Shown: piece by piece, positions 1 to 12,445 of the stretch
Layout of the letters: each line of letters starts with the position of its first letter
Numbering within the stretch: position 1 is the stretch's first letter
DNA from: Lama glama
Lineage: Eukaryota
Length of the DNA stretch: 64,000 nt
Direction of reading: 5' to 3'
NCBI GenBank assembly: GCA_028534125.1
Contig: CM052831.1
Location: 248,001-312,000, forward strand
Made by a program: the position numbers and the translations under genes
The notes under the pieces: model-generated
Databases searched by the model: none
Told to the model about the DNA's origin: nothing
What the model saw: the letters and a program-made list of their open reading frames with translations, nothing else

Positions 1-14
1 CAGGCCTGGTCCAG
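1..14 (+). CDS. SLC41A3: SLC41A3 penultimate coding exon, 3' end only
   Basis: (G)CA GGC CTG GTC CAG|gtgagg encodes AGLVQ followed by a canonical donor; joins in frame to the exon at 448. Confidence 0.8.
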
Positions 15-447
15 GTGAGGACACACGCACATCTGCCACGTCAGCTCGCTATGCCCCGTCCTGGGAAGAGCTGAGGGTGGGGTCAGGGGCTTCAGGATAC
101 ACAGTCAAGTGCAAGGGCACGAGCCAGGTGCCCGGCAGGTGGCTGGCTGCACGCAGGCTCTGCAGGCTCACCCGACCCCGCACACTCCTCACCAGGGGAC
201 CAGGCAAGGGCTGCTGTGACAGACAGCGGGTCCAGCTAATGAACTGGCTGCAGTCAGGGAGGCAGCGGCAGGGAAGGGTGGGTTGGCTGGGTGAGGGACT
301 GAGCCCTGACCAGAGGTCAAGGCACCTTCACGAAGGGCCAGCTGTGGGGGGGAACACGCCCACCTCACGCCTGCTCTTGCCATCTGCCGGTTTCTGGGTG
401 ACACGGCCTACACGGTGGGCATCTGCTGTGCTGGCTTGTCGTGACAG

Positions 448-642
448 GTGACAGTCCTGCTGTACCTGGCGGAAGTGGCGGTGCGGCTGACGTGGCACCA
501 GGCCCTGGACCCGGACAGCCACTGCATCCCCTACCTCACGGGGCTGGGAGATCTGCTAGGCACCAGCCTCCTGGCACTCTGCTTCCTCAGCCACGGGCTC
601 CTGACGGGAGGCCTCTCAGGACCAGTGCCCGGACCTTCCTAG
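448..642 (+). CDS. SLC41A3: SLC41A3 (MgtE-like Mg2+ transporter) terminal coding exon
   Basis: Acceptor gtgacag|GTG; [46 protein letters not shown] matches the SLC41A3 C-terminal segment; TAG at 640-642. Confidence 0.95.
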   Translation: MTVLLYLAEVAVRLTWHQALDPDSHCIPYLTGLGDLLGTSLLALCFLSHGLLTGGLSGPVPGPS

Positions 643-979
643 GAGCTCAGGAGTCCAGCTGCGCTGTGCAATGTCCCCTGTGCCCGTAGGAGCAGGACGC
701 AGCCTCCCCGGCTGGGCCCTCATGTGGATGCCTGTCAGGGGCTGAGACGCACATTGGTGGGTGCATGTGGAGGGCAGGTGACCGGAGATGCTGGAGGAAG
801 AGGCGTGTCTGCACTTCGGTGGGGACACCTGGGTTGGGATGATGGTCCAGCCCTGGTGGCTGCATGACCAGGACAGGGCCCTGCCCCCCCCATCCGCTCC
901 CCGCATGTATTATCGCTTGCTTGCTTTTTTTTTTCCCAGCAAAACACTTAGTTTAAGTCCCCTGTTAAAATTATTTTAA

Positions 980-985
980 AGTAAA
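980..985 (+). terminator. SLC41A3: Candidate SLC41A3 poly(A) signal (variant AGTAAA)
   Basis: AGTAAA in an AT-rich patch ~340 nt after the stop; the first canonical AATAAA on + is at 1515-1520. Confidence 0.4.
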
Positions 986-1107
986 TCTGGAATCTCAGTT
1001 CCAGCCCGAGATTGGGGTGGGACTGATGAGCTGGGCGAGTGAAAGGCTGTAACCATCGGTTGAAGGAAGAATGCTGTCGACCTTCCAGCTGCCACTGTGC
1101 AAAGGCT

Positions 1108-1113
1108 TTTATT
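1108..1113 (-). terminator. ZXDC: ZXDC long-isoform poly(A) signal AATAAA
   Basis: tttatt on + strand, ~880 nt downstream of the ZXDC stop codon. Confidence 0.65.
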
Positions 1114-1988
1114 CACTCCTGCTGGGCCGTGCCCCAACGCCCACCGGGAACCCTGGTGCCCAGAAGCCCAAGAGCCGCTCTGAGCGCCTGGAGGACCCTG
1201 ACCGGGGGGCGTGTAAGACAGAGGCCCGGCCCCTCATGGAGGGAGACCACAGGCCAAGGTGGGTGATGGGAACCATTCCTACACAGAGATGCCCTCGAGC
1301 AGGACGAGAGGAATTGGGATGGAGCCGGGGTGGGGGGAGGGTCAGGCCCAAAAGCCCCAAACTCAAAGACAAAGCAGAAGGGGCCGGGTTTGGATGATTC
1401 AAGTCTGAGAATCAAAATATCTAAGGAAACACACTTCAGAAGTCACAAGGCAAAAAAAAACAAAAAACAAAAAAAAAACGTTTTTGAAACCCTGTGTCCA
1501 GTCTGCAAATAACAAATAAATATGTGCAAGTTTACTAACTGGTCTCCTTTTGCAACACTCTGAAAACGTACAGCTCCACACACACCTCCCACCTCAACAC
1601 AAACACACATGTGGGTCCAGTCCCGCACGGAGCTCAGTACTCGGAAGGCGGCTTTGCAAACCATTGTCCAGCTACCATTAAACGCTAATACCGAAATACA
1701 GAAGTTAGAGAAATCATTTTTAAACTCTTAACTAAACCGGGTCTGCACGGGTCCTGGGGGCCGCTCCACCCCTCACGCCCCTCTGACACGGGGTGGGATG
1801 CAGCTCCCTGTGACAGGTGGACCCGTCCTGTCCCCCGGGGAGACCCTGCCCCCGCTCAGCCCTTCCCGAACGTGACGAGCGCTCCTGGCTGCAACACAGG
1901 AGGGGTGCGTCCCCAGTCAGTGTACCCAGCGTCTCTGAAGAGCCAGGCTGGCCTTCGGGGCAGCCGCTGGGCCCAGGCCGTGCTGCCC

Positions 1989-2066
1989 TCACCGCCTGCT
2001 GCCGCTGCGCCCCAGGCTGGGGACGTCCTCGGGCCCGGCGGCCCCTCCAGCCGCGGGCAGCGCCTC
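1989..2066 (-). CDS. ZXDC: ZXDC exon 10 (terminal)
   Basis: ttctccag|GAG; EALPAAGGAAGPEDVPSLGRSGSRR*; first half resembles human EVLPSSGGPAGPE. Confidence 0.8.
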   Translation of the reverse strand, partial: EALPAAGGAAGPEDVPSLGRSGSRR

Positions 2067-2959
2067 CTGGAGAAGCAAGCAGAGCATGAGGGGCGGGCAT
2101 GGGCACCCCCACCCGAACTGAGAAAACTGCCTCCCCTTCCAAGCACGCGTCCTTGTAGAAGAAAACATTAACGTGAAGAAAACCAGGGAAGGTGTGCTCA
2201 GCCCTGAGTGCCAGGCCTCAAGATCGGACTGGCCCCCTTTCATCTGTGACCCCTCCCTGGGGGCGCAACCACCATCACCAGCTGCCTGCCTGCCTGCCTA
2301 GCTCACGGCCACAATGTCACCCCGGCCCGCTTCCTCCTATAAGAAGCCCCAGAGCGCAGGTGAGGTCACCGCCTTCTGGCTGACTTGTGGTGACCAACCC
2401 ACCCTCCTCAAGGGCAGCCCTGAGACAATAACGCCCCACAGGCCGAGGACACTCGTCGCCGAGCCCTCCAGGTCACCCCACCCCGAACAGCACTCCATCC
2501 AGCATGGACTTGGACATCACGGAAAGTGCTGAACAGCCCGATTTGAACGTAAAGAAATCTACAGTTACTCCTTGTACTGATTTTTAAAACACCTGTTTGA
2601 AATCTGCTGGCTACACGCTCATTATTCTGTACCCAATTCTGACCTGTCCACGGCCACCCATTCTTGGCTTGACCACTCATTCAAGCAAACAATTTGATTT
2701 GTCCAGGTCTGTCTCCCCGCAGGCTCCCTCCAGAGGAGAAAAGAACCAGTTTCCAAGTGAGAAGCCTCTCAAAGGCGTGTGGAATCCCACCCCGTCTGCG
2801 GCAAGTGGCCGAGCTTTCTCAGCACTTTTCTAGGCCACTCACCCAGTTCTCCTAGAAAGCGGACAACCACCCCGCCACCCAGCCCGCGGGGTCGGGCGAG
2901 GCCACCCCAGGGACAGACCGACCCAGTCTAAGCCAAGCAGAGCCGTGCGGCTTCCAGAC

Positions 2960-3061
2960 CTGCAGGGCGTAGATGGGCACGTCGACAGCAAACAGCGGGT
3001 GCAGGGCAGGAGGCTGCGGGCTGAGGGCCACCGGCAGGACCACGTCACCCACCGGGGCATC
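2960..3061 (-). CDS. ZXDC: ZXDC exon 9
   Basis: cctccccag|GAT..CAG|gtctgg; DAPVGDVVLPVALSPQPPALHPLFAVDVPIYALQ, cf. human TVDLPVYVLQ. Confidence 0.85.
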
Positions 3062-3684
3062 CTGGGGAGGCAACAGCACCGCGTCAGTGACTCCGCACCT
3101 GACCCAGGGCCCCTCACTGGGGACTGGCAGAACCAGCCCTTTCTGGAAACCAGCATTGTTCAGGAGAGGCAAAAGCTGGACCCAGGTGAGGCCTGAACCC
3201 AGCAGTGGCTGGAGCTGGGGGCTGGGCCACCAGCCTCCCCGGGTCCTCATGCCCTCGCCCCCACCCAGGCCCAGTGGCCCAAGAGCCGAGTACACAGAAG
3301 GTGCTCAATGAGGAGGCGGCAGGTGACCGGCCAGGTCAGAGCCCCATGTCCTCAGCAGTCCGGCCCCTTCTCTCCCCAGACCATCTTCCAGCCCAGCTGC
3401 AGGTACCCGTGGCCCTGCCCTGAGGGCTCAGTGTGGAGAGAAGACAGGAGGGAAACACAAGCCAGCACCCTTCCCACAAAGGCCTCCTGGTGGCACCCTG
3501 GAGATGGGGTGACAGCTGCCTTCACCCGCCCTGGTCCCACGGCGGGGGGTGGGGGGCAGGGCCAAGGGGAAAGTTTGGCCACGCAGTGTGACAGTTGGGA
3601 AGGAGGGCAAAGCTGGCCCAGGGTGGGGGGGGGTTGCTCAGGGACACCCCCTGCCTGCCCCCAGCCCTCCCCCACCACTCTCAC

Positions 3685-3836
3685 CTGCAGCAGCTGGACC
3701 TGGACGCACGGCACCCCAGCGGGGGCGGGTCCAGGCAGAGCCCCGCCGGGAACCACGAGGCTCCCCCACAGCAAGCCGCTCGGGCTGGCCGGGCCTGGAT
3801 CCCCTTGCCCTTCACTCCGAGCAGCCCCTGCAGCTC
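3685..3836 (-). CDS. ZXDC: ZXDC exon 8
   Basis: tgtttcag|GA..CAG|gtgaga; LWGSLVVPGGALPGPAPAGVPCVQVQLLQ, cf. human LCGSLVVP...VQVQLVQ. Confidence 0.85.
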
Positions 3837-6800
3837 CTGAAACACACACGAGGTCCTGAGTGCAGCTCTGCCCGCCCTGCAGACCCTGTCACTCTGTCAC
3901 CAGTGACCAGAGTAACCAGGAGGGCAGAGCAGGAAGATGAGGACACTGGTCTCCCGCACAGACAGCAATGACCTGCTGCTCCGGGGGGCAGACTCCCCCT
4001 CACCGTCAGGCTCCAGCGGCCCTTGGCACGCGGCCCCGACACCACTGAGCACGTCTAGCCTTGCAGGAAGGCAGGAGGGGGAAGCCACTGCAACCCCCCG
4101 ACACCTGCACCCACCAGACACCTCCTGTCCAGTGTCCTTCATAAATCATCAGTCTCAGTTTTGTAAAAACACAGTTTTAAAAAATTAAATATAAATAAGA
4201 AAGAAAAACCCCAAACATCCAGAAAGGGTTTTTGACACAGGAACCCTGGAGGCAGAGACCAACCACCTGGATCCGAGTCCCAGCCCCACCACCGCCCCCT
4301 GCCTGACCCAGGACCAGCAAGGGGAGCCCTGGCTGGGTTCTCAGCTCCAGGGCGCGGGGAGGGCTGAACAGGTGCATGTGCCACACTCACAGCCAGCAGG
4401 AGGGACTTCAGGCGCCGTCCCTGCTGGGTGGACCCCAGCCCGGGACCGGCTGCACAAAAACAGTTTTGCAATGAACATCGCGCAGGTTAACCTTAATAAA
4501 AGCATTAAATTCTGCTGAATTTAACCAAATGGAAACAACAGGCAAGTCTGAAGGACCTGGTGAATTTGTAGAAAATAGTTCTTCATGAAAATTTCTAACT
4601 GCTCTCCAGTCAAAGAAAAACGGCGAAGAACGCAAGGGGCTGGACACTCGTCCGGGTTTCGGTCTTGGCCCCAAACAGGCATGGTGGGCTCTGCTCCCTG
4701 GTGGCAGGCTTCCCCAGCCCTGAGCACTCCCTTTCCTGGTCCACCGCCAGGTTCCTGGCCCCGGAGGCCCATCACCCCGACTGTCCCCAGGGTTCTCCTG
4801 TCCTGGTGCCTTCGCTCAGGACAAGCTGGGGCTGGGCAGAACTCACTCGTCCTTCAGTTAGGATATTCTCCCCCACCCCCAGCTCTCCTGGGGCGTGTGC
4901 TGCGCCAGCCGCCTCTGGGACCAAACCTGAACACACAGTTATGCTCTGGAGTCTTTGAGCAGTCTAGCATGTTTCCCTGAGATGAAAATATGTACATAAA
5001 TTGAAATTTTGTTTGTTTAAATATGCTTTCTAGAAGTGAAAATGCCTCGTCTGAAAAACTGAGTTACTGCTGCAATTATTAGGCAGACTTGATCAAAGTA
5101 ACAAAATATATCAGACACTCTGGTAATCACAAAACCTTAAAAGCAAAACTGTACTGAAAACGCAGCGCAGCTGACGGCCTGGCTCCAGGCAGCCCTGTGT
5201 CTGCCACAAGCACTTCCTCCTGAGACGCGCTCAGCACACACCTCTGCTGACCAGAAGAGCTGTGAACATGCTTGTGCGCCTAGGGTCCTTCCATCACAGC
5301 TCCTGCAACAGATTCGGCCCCTCCGCTCCCACGGAGCCCAGGCAGCATGGCCTGCCTCGCTTTTGACAGAGGTCTGACCCCATCTTGTAATCAGATGAAC
5401 ACACTGAGAAACGTCTAAAGGAAGACCCTACCCTGACAGCCACTACGGAGTAACTCAGGAAGGCATCAAATGCCTCTTCTCAAGTTCCTTTTAAAAGCAG
5501 GCGAGGCTTAGATGACGTCTGCCTAACATCACCATCCAGTCTCATGACAAACAAGAGGAACCCGAGCCTCCTGCTGATCCCGCGGTGACTCAGAGCCCGC
5601 TGTGGCGGTCGCCCCATGTTACCCACGAAGCAGCACCTATGCTCAAAGCCTGGCTTTCACTCACAAACGTGGGCGTGCAGGCTATTCAACTACAGGGAAA
5701 CTGAGGAAAAGCCACGAGACCGATCAGCAGTGAACTCCACTCATTTCCCAGACACCATGATTCCATGTTCTCTTCATACTCGTGGGAAGACAGGGTCTAC
5801 GCTGCTGCAACACCGGTCGGGAACTGGAGCCCGACCGCACTGTCGCTGAGACGGTGCAGAGGTGCTGACTCACGACGGCAAACAGGACCAGTTCTCACAA
5901 CAGTGTCAACCACACACTCAATCCAACAGAAACCACATAAATCCTCAAGATACACCTTCATTCCAGCGTCCGAGAGCCCGGTGACCCCACGGACACCACG
6001 TCACATTCAAAAGGGCCACTGTGGCTGAGGGTGGGGCTCGAACGCCAGGGTCCCTTCTCTCCAGTCACTCCCGCGTCCCAGGGCAGAAGGCCAGGCTCGT
6101 GTGGCCACTGGACGCTGCGGCCCGCCCGGGGCTCTCGCCTTAGGCAGCTGCTCCTGCAGGGCAACAGCAGAGGCTGCGAAAGGCAAGGCTGCGGTGAAGG
6201 CACACCCCCGGCCCCTGCACAACGCTCACCCCTGGGGAGGCTCACGGGGGGACAGGCAGCTGGCCTGGGTCCACCCGCACAGACTTGTCCCTGGGCTGGC
6301 CCAAGGGGCCTAGCTGAGGGGCTCCAGGAGACACTGGCTCGTGTACCCCCTCCCTGCCAGGTGACGCGGGAGGTGACTGGTTTTGGACACAGAGGCCACC
6401 TCCGGAAGGAAAGTGCCAGACAGCCTGCAGAGCTCCTGGACTTGACGCACCTCCCTAGGCAACTCAAGGTCAGGAAAGGTCACTGCAGAGGGGACACCTC
6501 CTCATGGTCCCAGCCCCAGGCCGCGTGCCACTGTGCATGTGAGGAGGCTGCAAGGGAAGGAGGCAGGGCCACAGGAAGGGACAGCGACCCCCATGGATGC
6601 CAGGCACCCCCCGACCCACTGCTCAGGGGAGAACACCTTCACAGTCAGGGCTGTCGGGGTGGGGGTCACATGACCCGAAAGACTCTGTGCCACCTGACAA
6701 TGCATCATCAACGTTCAAGGCAGTGAAAGCCACTCCCTCACCCGGAGCTGGTTAAGGACACCGGTCTCCCTGTGGGTACTTGAAGGCAGGCTGAACAAAC

Positions 6801-9800
6801 AAGGGTCTCCACGCAGAACCCACGACGACCCCACAGCCCCAAGTCCCCACCAGTAAAGGACACTAAATGCAACGTGACTGACTTACACTGATCACCAGAA
6901 AAGTCAAAACTTGCTTTCTCATGGTGGAAATGCACAAACTCTTATAGGGCGAGGCTGTCTTCGCACTGAACTGAATTTAGCCTCAGCGTTCTCCACGTTT
7001 ATCTGAAACGCTGATCTTCACAGGGGAACTTTCGGGAAGGGAGTCCAGCCAGCAAGGACACTTCTGGTACGCAGACCTCAGAAGACCCCCAGGGCAATGA
7101 GCACGTCACTAGCAGAGCGAGCTGGCCCGTCTGTGCGGCCCCGCACCCACTGGCTTGTCCACGAGCCGCCTGAGCCCCGTCCCGCCTCCCAGAGCCACAG
7201 CAAGAACTGGGTGAGGCCGGCAGCACAGAGCCTGGCGTGGACGGGTGCCCGCGAGGGCCTCGTAACCAAGGCCCTGCACTGAGGCCCCCGGGCACCGGCC
7301 GGCCCTCTACCCCCGCAGAGGAGAGGCCTCACCCCCCCCAACCCGCCCCCAGTGCAGGGGAGTCCCGAGGTCCTCGTCTGGACCAGAGGGACCATGCCCT
7401 CGACTCTCCCAGGGACGGGGGCTCTCACGGCGCCCCCACTGTCACAGGCAGTGGGGGTGCCGGGGGTAATTCTCTCAGTTCCTTACGTGTTTAAGCCTAC
7501 ACAGCCCGTGAGAAGACGCCCTACAAAATGTGCTTCATCACAAGGAAAGATATTCCTGCTGTTAGCAGCAAAAAGCAGGAAATGTGTATCGTTTCTTCAA
7601 AACGCGTTCACAGGAGGAAGATGAACATCACAGCGCGAGGACGTGGTGTTCCCTGGGGGGTGGGGCTGCAGGGGGGTAAGAAGCCACCTTCATCTTCCCA
7701 GAGAGGAACCCGGCGCTGCCAGGCCCACTCACCACACGCCCACACCCGTCCCCGCGTGCCCCCGCCCCTCGGGCCGGCCCACCTCAGACCCCCCAGGCGC
7801 CTGGACCTAGGCCCAGCGCCTCCTAGCATTTTCTTCCGAAGATGCTCGGAGAGTCTCACCAAGTCGTTCTTCCCGATGAACTGAAGACTTACAGGGGTTT
7901 TCCTGCAAGTTCCTTTGGGGCTTTAAAGGAACTGAATAAAAGATGTAGATTAACACTGAAAACAGCTTGCATCCAGGCCCAGGGCAGGCGCTAAGCGGGC
8001 CTCACACAGGCGCAGTGCGTCTGTCACCGGTGATCCTGAGACACGTCACCACTTTTACTGCTACCGTGAGTGACACTCACCTTTCATTGTTTTTTCTGAA
8101 TATTCTAACAGAAAAGCTCCTGACCTGATACTCGCAAAGTTACTGTACAGCGAGCTACCTAACCCTGCTCCTGCTTCTGACCACCTCGGTTGGCTCCCTT
8201 GGGTTTTCCGATCATGGGAAAGTCATCGCTGCTCCTTCCCGTTCCCCTACGTTCCCCTAATCCCCACCCCGGTGAAATGCCCGCCCTCACTGCCCGGCTG
8301 CCCCTTCCCCGCCTGCGCACAGCGGGGAAAGACACAGCTGGTGGCCAGTGGCACTTGCTTACGGGGAAACCTTCCTGGTCCCCACTGGTTAAGGCTTGTG
8401 ACTTCCCCCATTAGCAATGAAGCCTTGTACCAGCCGCCTCGTCTGGCGTCGGTGGGGACTCCAGGTCTCCCTGGGCTCCTGCTGTTCTGCTCCAGCACAG
8501 CCCTGTGGAGGGTCTGTGGTCAGAGTCTGTCCAAGGCTCTCTGGGGGCATTCAACGTGCGCAACCATGTGGCATGCCCGGGACAGAGCACCTCTCCCCTC
8601 ACCCCTGCGGTCCACGTCCTGTAAACTGGCACCTCTCCCCCAAGGCCATCCTCACTCGCAGGGACTGAAGGAGCGCCCTGTCTCAGAAGTGCTGCTCTGC
8701 CCACTCCCGGGGGGTCGGGGCCGGGCTGTCACCACTCCTGGGTGGCTGTGAGACGTCCCAGCAGGCACAGCGGGGACCCTACGCCTGGCTTCTGTTGCCC
8801 CAGGAGTCCTGGCCCACAGGTTCCTACCTGACTGCTCTGCAGTCGCCCTGGTGGCTCCGCTGAAACAGTGCAGGAGGAGGCAGCCCGTCTGCCCCTGGGA
8901 CCTGGCTCCACGCTGGCTCTGTCCCCTGAGCAGGCCTCCCCACTCACACCATGCTGACCTAGGCGGGGGGACCCCAGGACCCCTGATCTCCCCGCTGCCT
9001 CCCTGTCCCTATGGTTTATTTTCAGCAGAGCAGCTGGCACGATCCTTTAAAAACTACCACGTCCCTCTTCTAATGACGCCCTCTGACGGCCCACCGGCTC
9101 TCAGGGAAGCCCAAGTCTGATGGGGTCCCGGGACCCCACAGCCTGGCCTCCCTCCAGCTCCGAGCACGTCCCCAAACACGCTCCCTGGGCTCAGTCACCT
9201 GGACAAAGACCCTGTGCTGACCGCACCCCTGGACTCGGGCCTCACAAGGGCTGTCCTTCGCCCAGACTGGTCCACGCGGACCCCTCCTCGCAGCAGGGCC
9301 TCTGCCTGACCTTCCTGTTGTGCTCACGGTCACCGTCCGACTTACCGCCGTCCCTCATTATCCACTGTCTGTGCCCCGCGTGTCCATCCAGCCCGCGGCC
9401 TGGGCACAGCCCCAGGAGCCCTCTCTCTGCTGCCTCTCGGGCCAGTCCCGTCCTCGCCTCCTTCGGGGCCTGCCCACTTTGTGGAACGATCTCCTGGGTC
9501 TTTCGCAGCTGTTGCTGCCACTGTGAGGGCCAAGCTGCTTCCCCCCCCCAGGCTCCTCTGGGTTCTGCACTCTGGCGTTAGCATGAACCCCTGCTGTGTG
9601 ACTTCGGGGTTTCACTTTGTTTCCCCTTAACTCTAACCTTCTAACTACTTCCGTCCAGAACAGGTCTCTTCTGGACGACACATGGTTGGGATTTTGCTCT
9701 CTGGCCCCGGCAAAAGCCAGGGGGCCCCGCGCACGCCACCGTCTCTGCCGCCGTCATGGGGCTGCCGGGGTGAGCACCGCGCCTTCCTCCCAGGGCCCCT

Positions 9801-12158
9801 GCCCTCGGGGTGCAGAGAGCTCACGCGGTTTTTTTCAAGCTTACTTTGCTATCAGTTTCAAGGACAAAAGTTTCTTTTTTATGTTGAGAAAACATTTCTG
9901 GCTTATTTGGGGGAGAGCCTCGATACTGAAGATAAAGAACTTTTCCACACTGGAGAGCAACCCAAAGGGAACTGCCTTGGTTTCAGACCCTACATCCCAT
10001 TTTGCACCACGTTCAGAGCACACATTTCCTAAGAATAGAGGCGCACTTTGCACTGAGCTACACGGACTGTGTTTACACGACCAGAACAGTCCTGCTCCTG
10101 CAGCTTCTCCGTTCTCGGACCTACTGCACCACGTCCTGAAACCCAAAAGCCCCCAAACCCAGGTTTTTCCCAAGTTTGCTGCCAACACTAACGTAGCAGC
10201 AACACGTGACCTGAACACACCAGAAAACTATTTGTTGCCTTGACTCCACTTGAGTTAATGTGTGTCAACTCAGAACTGGTCGTGCTAAGAACCACAGAAC
10301 CACGTCACCGTGTTACCGTCCTAAAGTGCAAGACATTCCAAATTCAAAACCAGCAGCATGGGTCAACCTGCATGAATCCACTTCCCAGCACCGCCCACCG
10401 CGTGTCTCGATGCAGCCATGTCCAGGGGCACCGCGTGTAAGCACACACCACACCCGGGCCTCAGTTCTGAGACGCCCAGGAAAGGAACCGGGCCCCAGAG
10501 ACGCAGCTGATTCCGGGGCTGGGGTCAGGGTATCATCAGGCGAGCCTGGTGGTGCGAGGAAGTCAGGGAAGTGCCCCCAAGGCCAGGACAGGAGTCCAAC
10601 TGCCAGGGCTCTCAGCAGCCAAAGCTGGAACAATTTGGGCAGCAAAATAAACACTGACATACCGATTATAATCCAGGATTGATCACAGTAACTGAAAGGG
10701 CACAGTGAACACCCCTGCATCCGTCCTGATGCAACTGAATGAGCAGAGGGTGAGGGACAGCTCTCCTCACACAACCTGGTGAAAACCACTGTGACGCCAG
10801 CGCAGGAACAAGGGCACGGGAGCCACCCTCCACGCCAGGCAGGGCTCCGAGGAGACAGGGCAAAGGTGAGCCTCCACTGCTGTCTTCACAATGAAGGCAG
10901 CACCTGGCAGGTTCCAGACTTCTATTTCCCTTAATAAATTGCTCACATCAACGAGCAGATAAAAACACTCTGACCACGCCTGGAGGATGCAGAGAAACCA
11001 GCTCATTATTTTGAAAACCGACAGAGGAAGACTCAGACATTTGCCCTGACTTCCCCGTATGAAATGACACAGAAAGAGCACAGACCACCCTCCCGCAGCC
11101 CCTGGGACGAATAGGCCCAGAATCCTGGGTGTCCACAGCCACGCACAACAGGGACCAGGCATCAGGGCCGCAGCACAGACCTCACCGCCTGCACACTTGC
11201 CCCCAGGCCCTCACTCCAGAGCAGGGCTCTGGCAGTCACGACCGACCTCCAGGGAACACGGAGGTGAAGGAGCCTGTGAAGCCGACGCGTCAGCCGCACA
11301 GACCACCCAGACACTCCCACACATGCGGGAGGGACGGGAACCAACGAATGTGAACGAGACCTGAAAACGCACCCACCAGCAGTGACACAGGGGCCCCACC
11401 CGGACTGACTCAAAGAGACAGACAGAAAACACGGATGCGTCTGAAACCAGTGAGAATTATGACACTCGCTAGACACTGATTTTAAGGAAAATGTACCGTT
11501 AACTCTTACAGAGGCAGGAACAGGACGTGCCTGTGGTCAGTGTCCCTACCTGCTTAAAAGCCGATGCTGAAGTACTAACAGAAGCAGTGATGACAACGCA
11601 GCCACCTCCCCGATGCCGCCGCATCCCAGTCCCCTAACTCCGCCCACCACGGACCCGCCCTCTCTGCAGGCGCGCCTGCCTCGCGACTGCAGGCCCTGCT
11701 CAGACACAGCGACAGTGACGGTGACACCACGTTCGTCATGGGACAGTATTTGCTTTAAAAAAAAACCTGACTGACAGGAAGTAGGGAGTTAACATTACTT
11801 GAAATAAACTACATTAAGAACAGAAAAATGCAAAATTGCATACTGATAACCTACGTAATTCTCAATGTTTCTACAAAAATTCTACACAAGCATAAAAGAA
11901 AAGTGAAATTTACAAAGTAACATTCGAAGAACCCAGCGTTACCTTCACAAAACGCTTTACACGGTTTCCCTGTCTCACTTTCAGGGCAGGCGGATGAGGC
12001 CACAGACCAGCAGGTCTTGTCTGATGCACTCAGATGTTTTTTTAAAAGCTCCAAAGAAGGCGCTGACGTTTGCCAGGAGAGGGTTTCCTGAGCTGGGCAC
12101 CCGTGAGGCCGCCCACCGCCCGCCCTCAGCCCGGCTGCTGCCCCGCGCGCAGCCTCAC

Positions 12159-12243
12159 CTGCGTGGCCCCCAGCTCCTCTCTGCTTTCTTTCCTGGGCTT
12201 GCTGAATGGCTCTGGAGTCAGTTCTCGCTGGGCCCCCGCCTTC
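12159..12243 (-). CDS. ZXDC: ZXDC exon 7
   Basis: gtctcag|GAA..G|gtgagg; EGGGPARTDSRAIQQAQERKQRGAGGHA, cf. human ESGGSARTDYRAIQLAKEKKQRGAG. Confidence 0.9.
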
Positions 12244-12417
12244 CTGAGACCAAAGAAAAGCATGTCAGTCACTGGATCCAGACGGCAGAGGCGGGGTCAG
12301 GGCTGCGTCCTCAACACGGGCTCCTGCAGAGGCTGGCAGAGAACCAAACGCCATGTCTGGTGACAGTGACAGTGACACTGACAGCTGGGCGGAACCAGAG
12401 TTGGAACTAGGCAGGGT

Positions 12418-12445
12418 TTTATTATCCAGAGAAGCAAAGTTTATT
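12418..12445 (-). terminator. ZXDC: Tandem AATAAA poly(A) signals for the ZXDC short isoform (intron 6)
   Basis: tttatt at 12418-12423 and 12440-12445; GU-rich (tgtcac)n downstream on the minus strand at ~12360-12385. Confidence 0.65.

Noticed and set aside
7733-7880. Candidate 148-nt poison exon in ZXDC intron 7 (cag|TTC ... GTG|gtgagt; in-frame TAG)
   Set aside because: Strong donor but weak, short polypyrimidine tract; such pairs are frequent by chance and there is no homology or expression evidence.
9617-10243. 208-aa plus-strand ORF in ZXDC intron 7
   Set aside because: TTG start, no recognisable domain, no splice or promoter support.
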